From Veleropilina oligotropha (taxonomy: Eukaryota): DNA of 64,000 bases. The translations under genes were made by a program, and so were the position numbers. Shown piece by piece: positions 1-10,647 of this stretch. The DNA lies in NCBI GenBank assembly GCA_048128005.1, contig JBEUKZ010000054.1, forward strand, positions 372,001 through 436,000, given 5' to 3'. Below the pieces are notes generated by a model. That model was not told the origin of the DNA. It did not search any database and saw nothing but the letters and a program-made list of their open reading frames with translations. How positions within the stretch are numbered: position 1 is the first letter of the stretch; each line of letters starts with the position of its first letter.

Positions 1-1230
1 TAATCAGTAAGTATTGTTCTCTGATTGCTCATTTGCATATTTACTGACGCCATTTTATTTTCGTTGGCCAAACGGTGCTATGTAATTAACACCTATGGGG
101 CAGTTCAATGTCTGTTCATTTCTTAAATCTAATTTAAGATTTTGTACTTCTCATGTCAGACTGAGTGTTGACATAAGCCAGATCACATTGAATTTAATAA
201 AACAACTTTGATAATTTTGCACAAATCTTAAAAAGATTAGGGTTCAATATTATTATGTTCTTTGCTGTAATCGAACATACGATGTTCAATACATTTAAAA
301 TGTTGATTCCTTAACATTTATTTTTAAGTAACATGTCGAACATTTTTGCTTCCTTAAAATTTATTTTAAGTGACATGTCGTCCATGTTAGCGTTCGCAAG
401 TTGGTCATACGAACTACTTATTAATATCGATTATTATATAATCTATTAATTCTTTGCTTTTGATTTTAAAGCTTTCACAACCTGTTAGGTTCCGTGTGCT
501 TACAAATCCGACTGCATCCTCTGGCTACCGGCCTATAGGCCCGGAGACCCATTTGGCTGCCACTGGTCCATGACACGTAAGACCTACAGGGATTTATCCT
601 TCCGGCCGTGCCAGGGGCTGATTGCACTTCCGTTCACCTCGTCCGACTAACACCACGGCGTATTCTCCCGGTAACACTGGTCGAAATTCTCGCCTGGTAA
701 GAGTAGAATATAATACTCAGTAAAAATTCCACTCTAGGCGGACACTCGACGCTTCATGCTGATCGAATTGGTGAAAAGTAAGTCATTATCTTGTTTGGGT
801 TTGTTGTAAGGAACGTCTTACCCACCTATCCAAGGTTATTCTGGCAAGAGTAAGGACGTAAGTATGTTTGTAACTATATATGAGGTTTTAATGTAAACCT
901 AATATTAGTATAAAACATACTTACGTCCTTACACGATTACCCACCCTGCGTTCGCATTCCTCCCCTCTACTACGTTCCTTTGTGGTTTTTGAACTTTGAA
1001 TTGATGTCATGTGACTTCTATTGTTCAGAAGTCTCACGAGACTTGGCGAAGTCTCGCTAGGGAACGTGGGGGGTAGGAGCAGGGGAGGTAACCGTGTGCT
1101 TTTTTGGCTTATAACGGTGCATTATGGGACATATTCACCATTTCCGGTTTGGGCGATAATATGCTATTATGGCAAGAGTAAGGACGTAAGTATGTTTTAT
1201 ACTAATATTAGGTTTACATTAAAACCTCAT
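1..1230 (+). mobile_element. 3' end of a DIRS1-type retrotransposon (copy 0): YR stop, 3' UTR, ICR (842-932), right ITR (992-1230); continues upstream of the window
   Basis: Near-identical to 26253-27485 and 15873-17111; ends in AAAACCTCAT followed by non-element sequence. Confidence 0.95.
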
Positions 1231-1530
1231 TTTCTTCTTATGCTCCAAAAGTCTGGAAGTCTCTGCCCCTGCCACTTAACATATGACAAGCTGATTCCAT
1301 TTTTTCTTTTTAATCACTTCTGAAAACTCATTTCTTTAAAATAAAGTATGATATCTAGCTCTGTAAACTGATGACACTATTGTACAGCGCTTTTGAACAA
1401 TTTGGAAAATGTGCTATAAAAAGACAATTATTATAATATTATTATTAATACATGCACGCTCAGAGAGAGTTGAGATGGAATCTCATATAGAACCTGCCAC
1501 TAATGATGAAGAATGATGTAGCACATTGAG

Positions 1531-1795
1531 GGAGGGAGGGAGGAATGATGCTTAATGTCCTGTATATTTACAACATCGAGTTTCAAGGAAGGACATGTCC
1601 GTGTTATTGCGGGAGGAAACCCCGGTCGCCTGGGTAAACCTGCCCTCTTCGACCAGTCGCGGACAACTGTGATTCATAACTTGTACAAATGTCAATGTCC
1701 CAGCCAGGTATTGAACCCACTACTGTTCGCATTAGCTGAATCAAGCCAGTGAATTTAGAGTGGACACTCTTACCCACTGAGCTGCCGAAGCGGCC
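1531..1795 (-). mobile_element. tRNA-derived SINE (family 1)
   Basis: Minus strand has A-box-like AGCTCAGTGG, B-box-like GGTTCAATACC and a simple-repeat tail; 10-bp TSD GCACATTGAG at 1521-1530 and 1796-1805; related copies at 32228 and 55553. Confidence 0.85.
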
Positions 1796-1867
1796 GCACA
1801 TTGAGCAAGCATTCATTCATTAAATGGTGCAATATAAGAAGTCTACGTTATTCTTATTTGGTCTCAG

Positions 1868-2077
1868 GCAGCTGACCTCAAGGAGAAGGGCAATGAGTGC
1901 GTTAAGTCCGGGAAGTTCACAGAGGCCATCCTGCACTACACGCCGGCGATAAAGCTGGAACCGCGGAATGAGTTGCTCTACAGCAACCGCTCACTCGCGT
2001 TCCTCAAGATCCAGCAGCACCACCTCGCACTGGAGGACGCCAAGGAGGCCATCAAGCTCAACAATCAGTGGCCAAAG
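1868..2077 (+). CDS. TPR + 2TM protein (Hop/STI1-like TPR domain), internal exon; the start exon lies upstream of the window
   Basis: AG/GT-bounded 210-bp exon AADLKEKGNECVKSGKFTEAILHYTPAIKLEPRNELLYSNRSLAFLKIQQHHLALEDAKEAIKLNNQWPK, a typical TPR1-2. Confidence 0.9.
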
Positions 2078-2183
2078 GTAAGGAAACAATCAGTGGCCAA
2101 AGATAAAGAATTATAGTGTAATAGTAATAGTAAATTTAAAGCGGCAATGTTGGGTCTGCGGCCTCAATGTTTGAGATATTTAC

Positions 2184-2299
2184 AGAAGGAACCATACCCT
2201 ATCACCCCCTCGAGGCGCCCAGAGGTGGAGGGTGCCAGGGAAGAAGGAACCATACCCTATCACCCCCTCGAGGCGCCCAGATTTGGAGGGTGCCAGGGA
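2184..2299. repeat. 58-bp direct tandem duplication in an intron
   Basis: AGAAGGAACCATACCCTATCACCCCCTCGAGGCGCCCAG... starts at 2184 and again at 2242. Confidence 0.85.
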
Positions 2300-2939
2300 T
2301 TGTTCCCATGATCGCTGCCTCCATTGGTGTCATAGCTAAATAGACTATTGTCCGTAAATGCGTTCTTTTTTCTTTTAAAGAAAATTAACCGCACTACACT
2401 TTTTGTTTCAACACTTAACTTTTGTCAGTAATTTGCTACTGTTTAAATAAATCGCTAATGAAGATTTAAAAATAATTAAAAGCAGTCCGCTTTTAATTAC
2501 CTCTCACTGAGTGACATTTCCAATTGATCTAGTTGAAGCAAAGCCGATCATATCTTCGCAAAATTTGTATCATGCTTTGCTAAGCATACGTTCGATTAAT
2601 TTTGTATGATAGAGGCTGTTTGATCAGGCTACACAGTCACGAAATTACGGGCAATAGTCACTTTAAAACATCAATTCACCATCATCATAATCGTGTCATC
2701 TTTCTCCACCAATTTTATATTGGGGTTGGGAGAGTGGAGCAATTGTGATCTGGGCATGTAGATTCATTTTGAAATGCCTTGTTGCTCATAACAGGACAAC
2801 TCTAACATTATGACGCTAACACTTCTCCATGTGCGTATCACTGACTTCGCATGCTTGTGACAACTTAGTAATTAGTAATTTATTTATTTATGTACAGTAA
2901 TAAGTTTTCTAATTTAATGATATGGTTTTTCTGTTGAAG

Positions 2940-3008
2940 GGATATTATCGCAAAGGAGAGGTCGAATTTCATGCAGGTCATTTCAGCAGTGCCCTGATGT
3001 CGTACAAG
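2940..3008 (+). CDS. TPR + 2TM protein exon
   Basis: GYYRKGEVEFHAGHFSSALMSYK, phase 0/0, continues TPR3. Confidence 0.88.
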
Positions 3009-3559
3009 GTTAGATGTTACAATGATTTGATTTGGAATGTGTTAAAGTTTATTGTCCTATATTTTACACCACATTTCATATCGGAACACATTCATATTTT
3101 TAGGGGAGAAGCATGGCTGAGTGTCTATGATGCTGGCCATGCAGTGAAAGGCCTGAGTTGATTCACTGACGCCATTGCACACAGAATCCATCTATTGGCT
3201 AAAGACATGTGGCTCTGTCTAAATCATAAAATGTTGTAATAAAAAAATGATTTTAATTCCAAAAAGTTATGGACCTCTATGGCTGATCTTCTGAAATGTC
3301 TAAGCCAGTGCAGTAAGCAAAAACCATATAATATATACTGAACAAAAGAAGAAATTTCTGCTAAGTTTGCTTGAACATAGCTGAATGAAAACAAACCCTG
3401 GGGATCATTGTCATATATGCGTTTAAAGAGTGTTCCATGATGCATCATTTGGTGCAAAAATTATGGCCATAGGTTAACAGAAAATGCGAGAAATGTTGAC
3501 CAAGTGAGGTAGGGGTTAAAACCAAAAATAACACTTAATAATGGGTATGACCACCTCAG

Positions 3560-4260
3560 GCCAGTCATCAATTAAATCAATGTTATTTGTGTTAAGAAAC
3601 TTTACAGTGTCTCTAGCTGTACTAGATGTGGCATTATCATGCTGAAAAATCTAGATGTTGGCATGCGGTAACGTTGAGCTTTTAAGTTGCCATCAATGAC
3701 GACTAGTGATATTAAACGATAACCATGGGCAATGACTGCCCAAACCCCCTCCCATGAAACGATCTCGTTCAAGAACACAACAGTCAGCATAGCGTTCCTT
3801 TCTCCTACGGTAGACGCGCACCCTGCCATCAACACATTATAAAGAAAATCTGGATTCATCCGAAAAACGAATGGTATTCCAACGTCGTCATGTCCAATTA
3901 GTGTGACTGTGTACTCATGCCCAATTAAGACGATTTACATGATGACGTTGCGTTAAAACGCATCCGACGTAAGGACGTTGTGCATGTAAACCTTTCTTCT
4001 GCAGACGATTACGAACAGTTTCCCCACTGATTCTGTTATAATGAAACCCAGATGTGTTAGCAGCAGTAGCAGTAGCAGTTTGGAATCCACTGCTCAAATG
4101 CGTGTTGATATATAGCGGTCTTGACCATGCGGACGTCCACGACGTGGCAAGTCGTCGGTACGTCCTGTCGTTCGAATTTGCGCGCGAAAATTTCATATCG
4201 CTCAACTAGAACTCCCAACATACCTTGCAACGTCTTCTGTCGACATGCTTGATGCGCCAA
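3560..4260 (-). pseudogene. Tc1-family transposase remnant (frameshifts, stops, C-terminal loss)
   Basis: ISGETVRNRLQKKGLHAQRPY..LTQRHHVNRLNWA, then RWNTIRFSDESRF, GNLKAQRY and FQHDNA motifs on the minus strand. Confidence 0.88.
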
Positions 4261-4333
4261 TCACACATTCGCGTAAATTATTGGCTATTCTTGGCATACT
4301 AAAGATACTACACTCAGTCTGTAAAAAATGTTA

Positions 4334-4922
4334 TTTTTATGCCCCCTCTAATATATTGGGGGGAATTTAGATTTACCCTTGTCCGTCCATCCCGTCCCGA
4401 AAACAAGTATTTTTACGTGCAAGTAACTCCATTCTGCTATAACTTCCATCTGCCTTTATGGATTGACTTGATACTTCATACACTTGCTTATCATCATTCA
4501 TACTTCGCTTCTTTGACCAACCCATGTCGCCCTATGGTCAAGGTCAAATGAATTGGCTCTTCGGACCAGTATTTGCATGCAAGTAACTCCATTCTGCTAT
4601 AACTTCCATCTGCGCTCATGGATTGACTTGATACTGTGTACACTTGCTTATCATCATTCATACTTTGCTACTGTGACCCACCCATGTCACCCTATGGCCA
4701 AGGTCAAATGACTTAACTCTTCGGCCCAGTATTTGCCTGCGAGTAACTCTATTCTGCTATAACTTCCATCTGCCTTCATGGATTGACTTGATACTTCATA
4801 CACTTGCTTATCATCATTCATACTTCCCTTCTGCGACCCACTTAGCTCTTCTGCAATTTGCTGCCCCTATGGTCAAGGCTGCCAGTGGGGGCATTCGTGT
4901 CCCATGGACACATTTCTAGTTT
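4334..4922 (+). mobile_element. HINE/Helentron-associated non-autonomous element with about 3 x 160-bp internal repeats
   Basis: Subterminal IR ATGCCCCC/GGGGGCAT, 3' hairpin GTGTCC-CAT-GGACAC, CTAGTT end, T-rich site; repeat units start at 4421, 4581 and 4741. Confidence 0.75.
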
Positions 4923-7107
4923 TTACAAATTTTGAAGCGTTTTTGTTCACTTGACAACAATGTCAGTAAGACAAGTAAAACAAATTGACCGAATACCACA
5001 CGGGACGTATTGAACCATGCATGCACGTGCAAATCAGGTCTCACGTTGTCGACGATCAACATTGCAAAAATAATAGCTAAAATTCATGAATCCTGATAAT
5101 ATAGGTCAACTTCTGGCTAATACTACGTATATCTAATTTCATTACAAAGTGATATATAGTTACAAACATACTTACGTCCTTACTCTTGCCATAATAGCAT
5201 ATTATCGCCTAAACCGGAAATGGTGAATATGTCCCATAATGCACCGTTATAAGCCAAAAAAGCACACGGTCACCTTCCCTGCTCCTACCCCCCACGTTCC
5301 CTAGCGAGACTTCGCCAAGTCTCGTGAGACTTCTGAACAATAGAAGTCACATGACATCAATTCAAAGTTTTCCGCTGTCGCGGAAAGACGTTGTTTTGCT
5401 CCGCAAATATTTCGATATAGGCGCCCGATTTCACGTTAAATCAGGGCGCAGTTTCTGCTTATATAGTATATAAGTAGTGGAATATAACCCTGTGTTGTGG
5501 ATCTAAAACACATGTGAATATAAGAAGAGTGATTCTCAAACTTCGAGGAAGTTCTGGACATCAAAGGAAACAGACATCGTCGTCAAGGACGCCAGTGGCC
5601 GTTAAAGAGGCCGCTTAGAGGGAAAATTTCGAGTGGTAGCTGAAATTTCTGGTCTGTATAATTATCTGATATTGTTTGAGACTGCAAAAACAGGTAACTC
5701 ATTATATTGGATAATTCCTTAACAACGCTATTTGCTGGTTATTATTATATAAAATTTTCTAGCGTTGTTAAAAGGCAGGATCTTTTGATATTAAGCTTGC
5801 GTTAATTTTCTGATATCCTGCCGTGGCTGGGATAATACGCCATTGTACTAACATAAAACATCCACGAGGTTTTCAGGTGTTTTTCTGGGCGGTTTTTTCG
5901 AGGAAATAACCTCCCTTTGTTTTAGTCAATTTGCCGGGTTACCGGGTCGGTCGGGTAAAATACCCGACCTCGGTGTTCCCAGTTCGGGGTTTTTAATAAC
6001 GGTATATCGCTTGATCTCTAATCTTCAGATCAGGACAATTCTGTGAGTTGTCGTAGTACTCCCTCCAAGGAAAGAAGTCTCAACTACCATATATATACCT
6101 ATATATATAGTTACAAACATACTTACGTCCTTACTCTTGCCATAATAGCATATTATCGCCCAAACCGGAAATGGTGAATATGTCCCATAATGCACCGTTA
6201 TAAGCCAAAAAAGCACACGGTTACCTCCCCTGCTCCTACCCCCCACGTTCCCTAGCGAGACTTCGCCAAGTCTCGTGAGACTTCTGAACAATAGAAGTCA
6301 CATGACATCAATTCAAAGTTTTCCGCTGCCGCGGAAAGACGTTGTTTTTGCTCCGCAAATATTTCGATATAGGCGCCCGATTTCACGTTAAATCAGGGCG
6401 CAGTTTCTACTTATATAGTATATAAGTAGTGGAATATAACAGTGTTGTGGATATAAAACACATGTGAATATAAGAAGAGTGATTCTCAAAACTTCGAGGA
6501 AGTTCTGGACATCAAAGGAAACAGACATCGTCGTCAAGGACGCCAGTGGCCATTAAAGATGGCCGCTTAGAGGGAAAGTTTCGAGTGGTAGCTGAAATTT
6601 CTGGTCTGTATAATTATCTGATATTGTTTGAGACTGCAAAACAGGTAACTCATTACATTGGATAATTCCTTAACAACGCTATTTGCTGGTTATTTATTAT
6701 ATATATATATAAAATTTTCTAGCGTTGTTAAAAGGCAGGATCTTTTGATATTAAGCTTGCGTTAATTTTCTGATATCCTGCCGTTGCTGGGATAATACGC
6801 CATTGTACTAACTTAAAACATCCACGAGGTTTTCAGGTGTTTTTCTGGGCGGGTTTTTTCGAGGAAAGAACCCCCCTTTGTTTTAGTCAATTTGCCGGGT
6901 TACCGGGTCGGTCGGGTAAAATACCCGACCTCGGTGTTCCCAGTTCGGGGTTCTAATAACGGTATATCGCTTGATCTCTAATCTTCAGATCAGGACAATT
7001 CTGTGAGTTGTCGTAGTACTCCCTCCAAGGAAAGAAGTCTCAACTACCATATATATACCTATTTATCTACCCCGTCTACCCACGTCCACCCTCCCGTGTA
7101 TTTAGCT

Positions 7108-9357
7108 ATGGTCCGGTGCAGTAGCTCCGGGTGTAACCAGAAAATTCACGCATTTGATAGGCACAAGGAATGTTGTAAACACCGTAGCTGTAGTATACAT
7201 CATCAATGTGATCTGTGCTTTCTTCTATCAGATAAGCAGTGGGCAACCCTGTCTCACCACGGTAAGTCGACCAGGGCGACTGCCACGGTGGGTCCTCCCC
7301 CGGAGAAGGGTCAGGAAGAGACCGGTAAGTTACCTAACGTTTCTTATTTGTCTACTTCAGGGACGCTGGACGACAGCCGACAAAAGGGGACGTCTGTCGC
7401 CGCATCCACCGGCGAAACCTCCGCGACTCTTGGGAGAGTCACCGAAACCTTGCCGGTACCCCAGATTCAGGTAAAGACCCGAGTGTCGACCGTTCCTCCA
7501 CAACTGGGCCTAGTAACTGCAGTCAGCCATACCTTGCCGGCTAGCAAGGTATACATGACAGCGCAGCGAACAGCTGAACAGGGCAGACCATCCCCATCCT
7601 TTTCTTCGGCCTCGAAGAATAAGGGGACAGTTAGTCCTTCTGCGGGAAACTCACCGTCTTCCTACGGTGACAGACCCAATGCAGAGAAAGCCTTTAAAGA
7701 GGCCGGGCACCTACTTGTAGGTCTAAGACTCGGACAATCGGCGAAACCTGAATCCTCGGTCGAGAACGATGCGACTTCCCCTAGGGGTTTTCCGCTCAAC
7801 CTCGAAGCTCACGAGACATTCAGAGGGCCCGGTCTCTCCCGTGCACCCACCGTGGTCACGCTAGAGAACGTGGACAGACCGGCTGCGTTCGGGACGGGGT
7901 TCTACGGCGGTTTTCCGTCCGTGCCTCGCTCGAACAGAGTGGTAGACCGATCAGAACTGTTGCCGCAGTCCTATCGGTCGTCCGGCCCACTGACTGCGCC
8001 TCCGGGCCAGTCCTTCGGGTTCGACCCCTCGACAAGTGCCCGTGGACCCTGGTCCTCGGTTCGACCTGTCAATGCAGCCCGTCTACCTAGCGCCACGGTT
8101 ACCTCGACAGAACTACCGGCTGTTAGTTCGTCGCCCGTCCTGCCTCCGGGTTTCTCTTTTGAGAACGTCCAGGCATGGATCGCGGCGGGGATCGAGGAAC
8201 GGTGTAAGGCCTGGCCGACGGCTCCCGAGCCGCACCTGGTACCTACACTTCTGCCCATGGCGCAGAGCACGGCTCCTGCCTCAGTGATAGACATCGACCC
8301 TCGTTCCGACGAGGATCTCTGTTCAAATCACACCGACCTCCCTGAATCGGTCGGGTCCGAAGACATTAGTCTTACAGGCACGCAGGAGCCGACCTCCTCC
8401 ACCCGCCGAAGGCTCGACGCTGTTGCGTCACTTCGCGGGGTGCTTGGCTTGTCGGAACCGACTCGGTCGGCTGTAGACGTAGCCAAGCATAGGACGGCAG
8501 CACATCGGTTTGTTGCGAGGGAAGCCCCCGAGCTCCCCTCCTTACCTCAGTCCGGGCTGGTGGATCTTGTTGTAGACTCGATCACCAAGCTCGTTCAGGG
8601 GCGCAATCCGGTGGAGTCCTCCCCGCTGAACGAATTCCCTTCGGGGTTCCGTAGTGGGAGGTACCTCCGGGCCAGTACTCGAGCGATCCCGTTCGAATGC
8701 ACTGGCCCGTGCCTGGCGACTGAGCCGGCTCGTGTTGACGCTTCGTTGCGTCGACTGACCGCCAGTCACCCTCCCTCCGTAGCGAAAGTTCCTTGGTCCG
8801 CCTTGGAAGCTTTCGAGAGCTCCGCCCGACGGGCTCTGCGGCTATCGTCCGTTCAGGATTTTTTCCTAGACGGGGCGATAGCCGTATTACAGGAGAATGG
8901 ACCCGGCGCCACCGAGGCTGCCCTGTCCTTCCTCCAGGAGGTTGCTGCCGCGCAGGAGACCAGCGCGTTGGAGACGGGACGTGTCCTGGGCAATGCCCTC
9001 CTACTTCGTAGGGATGCTTGCCTGGAAGGTACCTCGCTGGACGAGCCCACCCGGCGCTCGTTGCGATGCGTACCTTGCTCGGCCACCACTCTCTTTGGTG
9101 ACAACTTCACGGAGTTTGTTGACAAGAGAGCGGCGGACATTAAGGACCGTGCCATCGAGAAGGCAGTACTGCTCCCCACCCGGGGTCCACCTGCTAACTC
9201 GAAGAAGCGCTCCGGGCCCACCCCGGCCCCGAAGCCTTCTAAGCGTGCGAAGCCCTCTTCGGGTGGTAGGCCTCCGGCCAATAAACCCACTCCAAAGAGG
9301 CGAGCACCTCCAGCGAAATCCCGCAAGCAGAGCGGGATAGGGAAGCCTCGGCCCTAG
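7108..9357 (+). CDS. gag: DIRS Gag (copy B), 749 aa with N-terminal Cys/His zinc-finger-like motif
   Basis: First ATG gives MVRCSSSGC..HKECCKHRSCSIHHQCDLC; same protein as copy C; basic C-terminal tail. Confidence 0.85.
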   Translation: MVRCSSSGCNQKIHAFDRHKECCKHRSCSIHHQCDLCFLLSDKQWATLSHHGKSTRATATVGPPPEKGQEETGKLPNVSYLSTSGTLDDSRQKGTSVAASTGETSATLGRVTETLPVPQIQVKTRVSTVPPQLGLVTAVSHTLPASKVYMTAQRTAEQGRPSPSFSSASKNKGTVSPSAGNSPSSYGDRPNAEKAFKEAGHLLVGLRLGQSAKPESSVENDATSPRGFPLNLEAHETFRGPGLSRAPTVVTLENVDRPAAFGTGFYGGFPSVPRSNRVVDRSELLPQSYRSSGPLTAPPGQSFGFDPSTSARGPWSSVRPVNAARLPSATVTSTELPAVSSSPVLPPGFSFENVQAWIAAGIEERCKAWPTAPEPHLVPTLLPMAQSTAPASVIDIDPRSDEDLCSNHTDLPESVGSEDISLTGTQEPTSSTRRRLDAVASLRGVLGLSEPTRSAVDVAKHRTAAHRFVAREAPELPSLPQSGLVDLVVDSITKLVQGRNPVESSPLNEFPSGFRSGRYLRASTRAIPFECTGPCLATEPARVDASLRRLTASHPPSVAKVPWSALEAFESSARRALRLSSVQDFFLDGAIAVLQENGPGATEAALSFLQEVAAAQETSALETGRVLGNALLLRRDACLEGTSLDEPTRRSLRCVPCSATTLFGDNFTEFVDKRAADIKDRAIEKAVLLPTRGPPANSKKRSGPTPAPKPSKRAKPSSGGRPPANKPTPKRRAPPAKSRKQSGIGKPRP

Positions 9358-9400
9358 GGCTGCCGGCATTCGCGACGGCCCCAGTTGCCCGCTCCCGCCG

Positions 9401-9644
9401 GTGGGAGCGTGCCTGTTAGCACACAGCCAGCCCTGGCTAGAGCTGACAGACAGCAACTGGGTCCACTTAGTCGTGAGTGCCGGATACAAGTTGGCATTCA
9501 ACCGGCATCCGACCTTAACCGAGGCACCACCAACAAGACACGCTCGCCTCCTAAACGGAGAGAAACAAGCGGTCTTAGACCAGGCAGTGCGGGATTTGCT
9601 CCTAAAAAGAGCGATATATCCCGCGCCGCCCAGCACACCAGGAT
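9401..9644 (+). pseudogene. 5' fragment of copy B pol, cut by the insertion of copy C
   Basis: Matches 12941-13184 up to the C left terminus. Confidence 0.9.
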
Positions 9645-9654
9645 ATATAGTTAC

Positions 9655-9860
9655 AAACATACTTACGTCCTTACTCTTGCCATAATAGCATATTATCGCC
9701 CAAACCGGAAATGGTGAATATGTCCCATAATGCACCGTTATAAGCCAAAAAAGCACACGGTTACCTCCCCTGCTCCTACCCCCCACGTTCCCTAGCGAGA
9801 CTTCGCCAAGTCTCGTGAGACTTCTGAACAATAGAAGTCACATGACATCAATTCAAAGTT
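9655..9860. repeat. Left inverted terminal repeat of copy C (206 bp)
   Basis: Reverse complement of 16873-17078. Confidence 0.92.
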
Positions 9861-10647
9861 TTCCGCTGCCGCGGAAAGACGTTGTTTTTGCTCCGCAAAT
9901 ATTTCGATATAGGCGCCCGATTTCACGTTAAATCAGGGCGCAGTTTCTACTTATATAGTATATAAGTAGTGGAATATAACAGTGTTGTGGATATAAAACA
10001 CATGTGAATATAAGAAGAGTGATTCTCAAAACTTCGAGGAAGTTCTGGACATCAAAGGAAACAGACATCGTCGTCAAGGACGCCAGTGGCCATTAAAGAT
10101 GGCCGCTTAGAGGGAAAGTTTCGAGTGGTAGCTGAAATTTCTGGTCTGTATAATTATCTGATATTGTTTGAGACTGCAAAACAGGTAACTCATTACATTG
10201 GATAATTCCTTAACAACGCTATTTGCTGGTTATTTATTATATATATATAAAATTTTCTAGCGTTGTTAAAAGGCAGGATCTCTTTTGATATTAAGCTTGC
10301 GTTAATTTTCTGATATCCTGCCGTTGCTGGGATAATACGCCATTGTACTAACTTAAAACATCCACGAGGTTTTCAGGTGTTTTTCTGGGCGGGTTTTTTC
10401 GAGGAAAGAACCCCCCTTTGTTTTAGTCAATTTGCCGGGTTACCGGGTCGGTCGGGTAAAATACCCGACCTCGGTGTTCCCAGTTCGGGGTTCTAATAAC
10501 GGTATATCGCTTGATCTCTAATCTTCAGATCAGGACAATTCTGTGAGTTGTCGTAGTACTCCCTCCAAGGAAAGAAGTCTCAACTACCATATATATACCT
10601 ATTTATCTACCCCGTCTACCCACGTCCACCCTCCCGTGTATTTAGCT

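Noticed and set aside
1021..1323. Recurring MFRSLTRLGEV ORF (also 6025-, 9001-, 16902+, 20779+)
   Set aside because: TTG-started frame through the ITR whose C-terminus changes with the flanking DNA; not supported as a gene
7003..7107. GTG start giving a 784-aa Gag
   Set aside because: The GTG is part of a GTGAGT donor-like site; the first ATG at 7108 directly precedes the zinc-finger-like motif
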